Shown here piece after piece: positions 59,153 to 64,000 of a DNA stretch of 64,000 nt (position 1 is its first letter; every line of letters begins with the position of its first letter). Where the stretch lies: the NCBI GenBank assembly GCA_035400945.1, contig DAONAJ010000003.1:88676-152675 (forward strand), in the 5' to 3' direction. The position numbers and the translations under genes are program-made. This DNA is from Spirochaetota bacterium (GTDB taxonomy: Bacteria; Spirochaetota; UBA4802; UBA5550). Under the pieces are notes generated by a model. It was not told where the DNA came from. It made no database searches and worked only from the letters and a program-made list of their open reading frames with translations.

Positions 59153-59851
59153 TTACTTCGCCGGCTTCGGCTCCTGCACCTGGGCAAACACGGCCCTGGC
59201 ATATTTCTCCCGCTTGATCAGCTCCCGGAGACGCATGAGAGTGTTATAGGGCAGGTCTACAGAGGCCATGTTGGCGATGCCCGGCGGGACCGATCCTCCC
59301 GGCTCGTTATGCATCTGGTACACCACCATGACATCTCCCGATCCGGCCGGGATAAAGGACCAGGCGCCGGTCATCTTCGGAATCCGCACCGTCTTGGGGA
59401 TCGGGGGGATATAATCGGGCTTCCCGGTAAGGGTTATCGTAATCGCCAGGGTCTTCGGGTCCTGCCTGCAGATGGAATATGACACGAGGTCGCGGTTCCA
59501 TACCGGCCAGGGCGCGTGGGTGACGATGTGATGAATCCGCTCATGGAAATTGAACTGTTTCAGGAGCTTCGCGTCAATGCACTCGTACATCCAGGCAGTA
59601 TAGGACGACGTGTCATCAAAGGCGGCCATCAGGCTGGAGAGCCGGGTCTTCTCGAGGTACATGGTCCCCTTGAACTCCTGCAGCTTGGATCCGGGCACGT
59701 CCCTGACGTAGACCTCGATGCCGTTGCCCTTCTTTTTCAGCTTCCATTCGCTCTGGGCTGAAGCATCAACAATAATTGATCCGGCCGCGATGAGCAGCGC
59801 AGCAGCACAGGCAATTTTTTTAATCATGGCAGTCGCCTCTCCATAAGTCAT
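59153..59851 (-). CDS. Secreted START/SRPBCC-type lipid-binding domain protein
   Basis: 232 aa; signal peptide; WKLKKKGNGIEVYVRDVPGS...FKG...HAPWPVWNRDLVSYS pattern typical of START domains. Confidence 0.6.
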   Translation of the reverse strand: MTYGEATAMIKKIACAAALLIAAGSIIVDASAQSEWKLKKKGNGIEVYVRDVPGSKLQEFKGTMYLEKTRLSSLMAAFDDTSSYTAWMYECIDAKLLKQFNFHERIHHIVTHAPWPVWNRDLVSYSICRQDPKTLAITITLTGKPDYIPPIPKTVRIPKMTGAWSFIPAGSGDVMVVYQMHNEPGGSVPPGIANMASVDLPYNTLMRLRELIKREKYARAVFAQVQEPKPAK

Positions 59852-59951
59852 TGTCGAAAATCATCAGGAACGTCCGGGCTGCATCATCTTTAATGATATC
59901 CGGGCCCTCCGGCCGCCATCGGTGCCTATGCCGCAGGCCATGGATCCGGGG

Positions 59952-60629
59952 CTAGTTGACCATGGGCTCCGATATCACCGGATACATTGCCGCCGCGTAC
60001 CGGTCCTCCCTGACCACGTTCCTGAATTTCTGCATGGTGAGGAACGGCAGGTCCACCACGGACAGGTTCAGCAGGGACAGCGGGAGCGGCCCGCCCGGAT
60101 CGGTGACCGTCTGGTACACGACCATGACGTCGCCGGTTTTCAGCGGCCTGAAGGTCCAGGAGGCCTTCATCATCGGGATACGCAGCCGGCCCTTCTGCGG
60201 CGGTATGTAGTCCGGTTTGCCGGTGATTGCGATGGTCACGGACAGGTCGTCCGGATTCTGGGTCATGAGGGAATACACGATCACGTCCCGGTCGCTGGCG
60301 GGCCAGGGCGCGTGGGTGACGGTGTAGGTGATGCGCTCCTGCACGTTCATGTACTTCAGCAGTTTTGATTCGGTGCAGTTGTGCATCCACCGGGGATAGG
60401 AGGCGGTATCGTCGAAAGTGGCGACCATGCTCGACAACCGCACGCCCTTGACATACATGACCCCCCTGAACTCCTTCAATCCGGATCCGGGGTAGTCCCG
60501 CAGGAAGGCGTAGATCCCGTCCTGCCTTTTCTTCAGCTTCCAGCCGTCATCCGCCGCTGCGGCATTATCAGCCTGCTGGAACACCGCGATTAAAATGAGT
60601 GCAGTAATGACTTTCAGTATTCTCTTCAT
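59952..60629 (-). CDS. Secreted START/SRPBCC-type lipid-binding domain protein (paralog)
   Basis: 225 aa; signal peptide; roughly half identical to the 59153 gene (WKLKKRQDGIYAFLRDYPGSGLKEFRG...HAPWPASDRDVIVYS). Confidence 0.6.
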   Translation of the reverse strand: MKRILKVITALILIAVFQQADNAAAADDGWKLKKRQDGIYAFLRDYPGSGLKEFRGVMYVKGVRLSSMVATFDDTASYPRWMHNCTESKLLKYMNVQERITYTVTHAPWPASDRDVIVYSLMTQNPDDLSVTIAITGKPDYIPPQKGRLRIPMMKASWTFRPLKTGDVMVVYQTVTDPGGPLPLSLLNLSVVDLPFLTMQKFRNVVREDRYAAAMYPVISEPMVN

Positions 60630-60732
60630 CGTACCGGGTAATACTCCTCTTTAAATTGACGCCGCGGCATGCAGCGCGGACGTTTTGTATTTATTAATAG
60701 ACAGTTAAGCCTTGTTTTTGGTTCCAACTTTT

Positions 60733-61947
60733 TTACATATTGTCCGCGACGGCCTTTCCGAACTCCGAGCACTTCAGCAGGGTGGCGCCCTGCATCTGGC
60801 GCTCCAGGTCGTAGGTCACCTTTTTCTGCTGGATGGTCTTCTCCAGGGCCAGTATCAGCCTGTCCGCGGCCTCCTTCCATCCCAGGAAGCGGAGCATCAT
60901 CTCGCCCGAGAGTATCAGCGAGCCGGGGTTGACCTTGTCCAGGTTCGCGTACTTCGGCGCCGTGCCGTGGGTCGCCTCGAACACCGCCTCGCTGTCGCCG
61001 ATGTTAGCGCCGGGGGCCATGCCCAGGCCGCCGACCTGGGCCGCCAGCGCGTCGGAGATGTAATCTCCGTTCAGGTTGGGCGTGGCCAGGACGTCGTATT
61101 CGTCGGGGCGCAGGATCACCTGCTGGAACATCGCGTCGGCGATCCGGTCCTTGATGACTATCTTTCCCGCCGGGACCTTCCCGTTGTGGTTCTTCCACAG
61201 GTCTTCCTCGGTGATGGTGCGGTCGCCGAACTCCTCGCGGGCGACCTCGTACCCCCAGTCGCGGAACGACCCCTCGGTGAATTTCATGATGTTTCCCTTG
61301 TGCACCAGGGTGACGGTGGCGCGGTTGTTGTCAATGGCGTATTCAATGGCCCTCCGGACCAGGTTCTTGGTGTTGACGATACTGATCGGCTTGATCCCGA
61401 TCCCCGCGTCGGCCGGTATGTCCGCCCCCATCTCTTCGGTCAGGAAACCGATCACCCTGAGGGCCTCCCTGCTCCCCTCCTTCCACTCGATGCCGGCGTA
61501 CACGTCCTCCATGTTCTCGCGGAAGATGACCATGTTCACCTTTTCCGGCTCCTTCACCGGGCTGGGCACGCCCTTGAGATAACGGACCGGCCGCACGCAG
61601 GCATAGAGCTTCAGTTTCTGGCGGAGGGAGACGTTGATGCTGCGGATGCCGCCCCCGACGGGCGTGGTGAGGGGCCCCTTGATGGCCACCTTGTAGGCGC
61701 GGATCTTGTCCAGGGTGGCGTCGGGAAGCCAGTTCCCCGTTTCCTTGAAGGCCTTTTCGCCGGCGAGCACCTCCATCCAGTCGATCTTTTTCTTCCCGGC
61801 ATAGGTCTTTTCAACGGCCGCATCCAGGGCTATTTTCGTGGCGCGCCAGATGTCGGGGCCGGTCCCGTCGCCTTCTATAAAGAGTATCACCGGGTTATCA
61901 GGGACGGTGATCTTTCCATTTTCATAGTTGATTATTTGACCGCTCAT
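60733..61947 (-). CDS. icd: NADP-dependent isocitrate dehydrogenase
   Basis: 404 aa; prokaryotic homodimeric IDH signatures ([33 protein letters not shown]). Confidence 0.9.
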   Translation of the reverse strand: MSGQIINYENGKITVPDNPVILFIEGDGTGPDIWRATKIALDAAVEKTYAGKKKIDWMEVLAGEKAFKETGNWLPDATLDKIRAYKVAIKGPLTTPVGGGIRSINVSLRQKLKLYACVRPVRYLKGVPSPVKEPEKVNMVIFRENMEDVYAGIEWKEGSREALRVIGFLTEEMGADIPADAGIGIKPISIVNTKNLVRRAIEYAIDNNRATVTLVHKGNIMKFTEGSFRDWGYEVAREEFGDRTITEEDLWKNHNGKVPAGKIVIKDRIADAMFQQVILRPDEYDVLATPNLNGDYISDALAAQVGGLGMAPGANIGDSEAVFEATHGTAPKYANLDKVNPGSLILSGEMMLRFLGWKEAADRLILALEKTIQQKKVTYDLERQMQGATLLKCSEFGKAVADNM

Positions 61948-62153
61948 GGCTTTCCTTCGATGTTTATTGGTAAAAAACAGGAACCAACAGTAAATTAGGG
62001 AACGATTTTGTCAAATCTCTATTTTTTAATACTGGACAATGATCAATTAATCTTAATCCTTGACAAATCTTTTTTTTTATCCGAGAATTACATTTCTCGC
62101 CCGGGGAAATCCCGTGGCTTGGAGCAGCCAAAATACAGTCAGGAGGCCGTGCC

Positions 62154-62798
62154 ATGACGATAACCTATGACAACCAGGAGTCCCGGGAATATTTCGACAA
62201 TGTCCAGGGCTACTACCAGGGCGAGGAAAAGAGGGAGGACGTGGCCCCCATCGGCAGGCGCCTGGCGGAGATCCGGAAGATGCAGAACATCTCCCTGGAG
62301 CAGTTTGCAAAAATATCCGGGATACCCCAGGCCAAGCTCAAGGAGATAGAGGAGCAGAAAATCCTCCCCGACCTGGGGACCATCGTCAAGCTCTCCAAGG
62401 CCCTGCGGATCGGCACGAGCTTTCTCCTGGGAGAGGAATCGGGGTACAGCTATTCCGTGGTGCGGAAAAAGGAGCGGCAGAAGATCAGCCGCGTCTCCAC
62501 CGGCAGCGCCGAGCGCCCCAACTACCAGTACCAGTCTCTTTCCCACGGGGTAAAGGACAAGCACATGGAGACCTTCCTGATAACCCTTTCGCCCGGCGCC
62601 GGCAGCACCGAGCTGTCGAGTCACGACGGCGAGGAGTTCCTGGTGGTAATGGAAGGGTCCATCAGGGTGATCCTGGGCGGCAAGGAGGAGATCCTGAACG
62701 AGGGCGACAGCATCTACTATCACGCCACCCTCCCCCACAACGTTCTGAACGCCGGCAAGGATAACGCCGTCATCATGGCGGTGATCTATGCAGGGTAG
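62154..62798 (+). CDS. XRE-family HTH regulator with C-terminal cupin domain
   Basis: 214 aa; XRE HTH (IGRRLAEIRKMQNISLEQFAKISGIPQAKLKEIE), cupin_2 C-terminus; AGGAGG RBS. Confidence 0.8.
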   Translation: MTITYDNQESREYFDNVQGYYQGEEKREDVAPIGRRLAEIRKMQNISLEQFAKISGIPQAKLKEIEEQKILPDLGTIVKLSKALRIGTSFLLGEESGYSYSVVRKKERQKISRVSTGSAERPNYQYQSLSHGVKDKHMETFLITLSPGAGSTELSSHDGEEFLVVMEGSIRVILGGKEEILNEGDSIYYHATLPHNVLNAGKDNAVIMAVIYAG

Positions 62799-63177
62799 CG
62801 GGCGAGCCATGGGAATGGGGCGCCCTGCCTCGGCTGCATGCTGGCACAGATGGGGAAGACCCCGGGCACGGCAGCAGTGAGCACCCCAGACCGGGCCTCC
62901 ATCCTTAAATCCCTGTAAACCGGTTGGTCGGCTAACAAAAATCAATAGCCCCCGTTAATGAAATTGGTCATTCCCCCTGACCGATACTGTCATGCCAGAA
63001 TCACTGATTCCTGTCCAATGAACCACAACTCCTGGTTATTTACTTTTAATAACCGACAAAGTACCTTATAATTGAATATGAAATTTGATATATAATCATG
63101 GGTCCTTTTTTCATGCTCATATATCACCGGGAGGACGTTAAGCAAAATCGTTCAACAAGGAATTCAAGCCATGAGTT

Positions 63178-64000
63178 GTATTCCAGGGAGAGACATCATG
63201 TACCGTTATTATCCGGATTCGACCATTCCAGGGATTTTCAGAAACAGGGCCTCATACTACCGTGATGATACCTTCATGAGACACAGGGTATCCGATTTCT
63301 GGATCGATATATGCTGGGAAGAGACCTATATCAAATCCAATGCCATCTCTTCATACCTGATAAACTGCGGGGTCAATCCGGGAGACAGGATCGCCATTTA
63401 CTCAGGGAACAGGCCGGAATGGGTATTCGCGGACCTGGGGATCCTTTCCACCGGTGCCGCGGACGTTACGATACCGGTAACCCTGCAGGCGCCGGAAGCG
63501 GCCTATATCCTCAGTGACTCTGACGCGACAATCTGCTTCTGCTCCGGCAGACGCGAGGCGGACAATATTCTCTCGTCGAGGAATGAGCTCCCCGGCCTTG
63601 AACGGATAATCGTCTTTGACCACGGGGATTACGGCAATGAAATGATTACGACACTCGACATGGTGATCCAGGATGGACTGCTTAACGACCTCAGCGAAGA
63701 GATTGAAAGCCGCGTCAGGGCGATCGACCCTGACGAGGTCATGACCGTTATGTACATGCCGGATATCGCCGGGTATCCGAAAGGGATCAGGCTTTCCGCC
63801 AGTGACGTCCTCGGAGAACTGCCTGACTTGAGAATGCTGGATATCCACCCCGCCCGGAATGCCGTCCTTTCCGTCCTCCCCCTCTCTGACGCCCTGGAAC
63901 GAAGCTCGGACTATTACCGGACAATGTACCGGGGAGGATCGATCGCCTTCTCTTCCGGCGCCGACAGGCTCCACGAGGAAATCCGGGAGGACCTCAGCGG
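63178..64000 (+). CDS. AMP-binding (acyl-CoA synthetase-like) protein, 5' part; runs off window end
   Basis: N-terminal domain of ANL superfamily (GDRIAIYSGNRPEWVFADLGILSTGAADV); phosphate-binding loop degenerate (YMPDIAGYPKG instead of T[SG]GTTGxPKG); not in the ORF track because it has no stop in the window. Confidence 0.65.

Overview
High-GC (about 60-65%) bacterial chromosomal segment, densely coding on both strands. It is probably from an anaerobe, because it carries a glycyl radical enzyme and a NifU/NifS pair (inference). No rRNA, tRNA, CRISPR array, transposase or integrase was recognised.

Content, left to right:
- An O-methyltransferase, three HAD hydrolases, a YdcF/DUF218 protein and nifU-nifS.
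- An L-2-hydroxyglutarate-oxidase-like flavoenzyme and a complete dTDP-rhamnose operon (rfbA-C-D-B).
- A SpoU RNA methylase.
- A dense signalling set: an MCP, two SpoIIE/PP2C phosphatases, a hybrid histidine kinase and three 7TM-receptor one-component proteins. Two recurring membrane sensor modules are each fused to three different outputs.
- A minus-strand catabolic operon: FGGY kinase, class II aldolase, class III aminotransferase, MFS transporter and a large (979 aa) NAD-GDH-like dehydrogenase. Its gene junctions carry GC-rich palindromic elements.
- A lipoprotein neutral ceramidase.
- A multi-PAS protein with an RsbW-like GHKL ATPase.
- The flagellar hook genes fliK-flgD-flgE.
- trpS, hbd and an RRM RNA-binding protein.
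- A 7TM-PAS-LuxR regulator disrupted at an A9 homopolymer.
- rluD, a tandem-flavodoxin Fe-S protein and a TetR regulator.
- A glycyl radical enzyme carrying an N-terminal SCP2 lipid-binding-like domain, with no activase in the window.
- An SPFH protein, two secreted START-domain paralogs, icd, an XRE-cupin regulator and the 5' end of an acyl-CoA-synthetase-like gene with a degenerate P-loop.

Most notable are the SCP2-GRE fusion and the kinase/aldolase/aminotransferase/GDH operon. Both sit in a lipid-themed neighbourhood (ceramidase, START proteins, SCP2, acyl-CoA ligase). Together they may form an undescribed lipid or sphingoid-base utilisation system. This is inference only; all domain calls are by eye from the six-frame translations.
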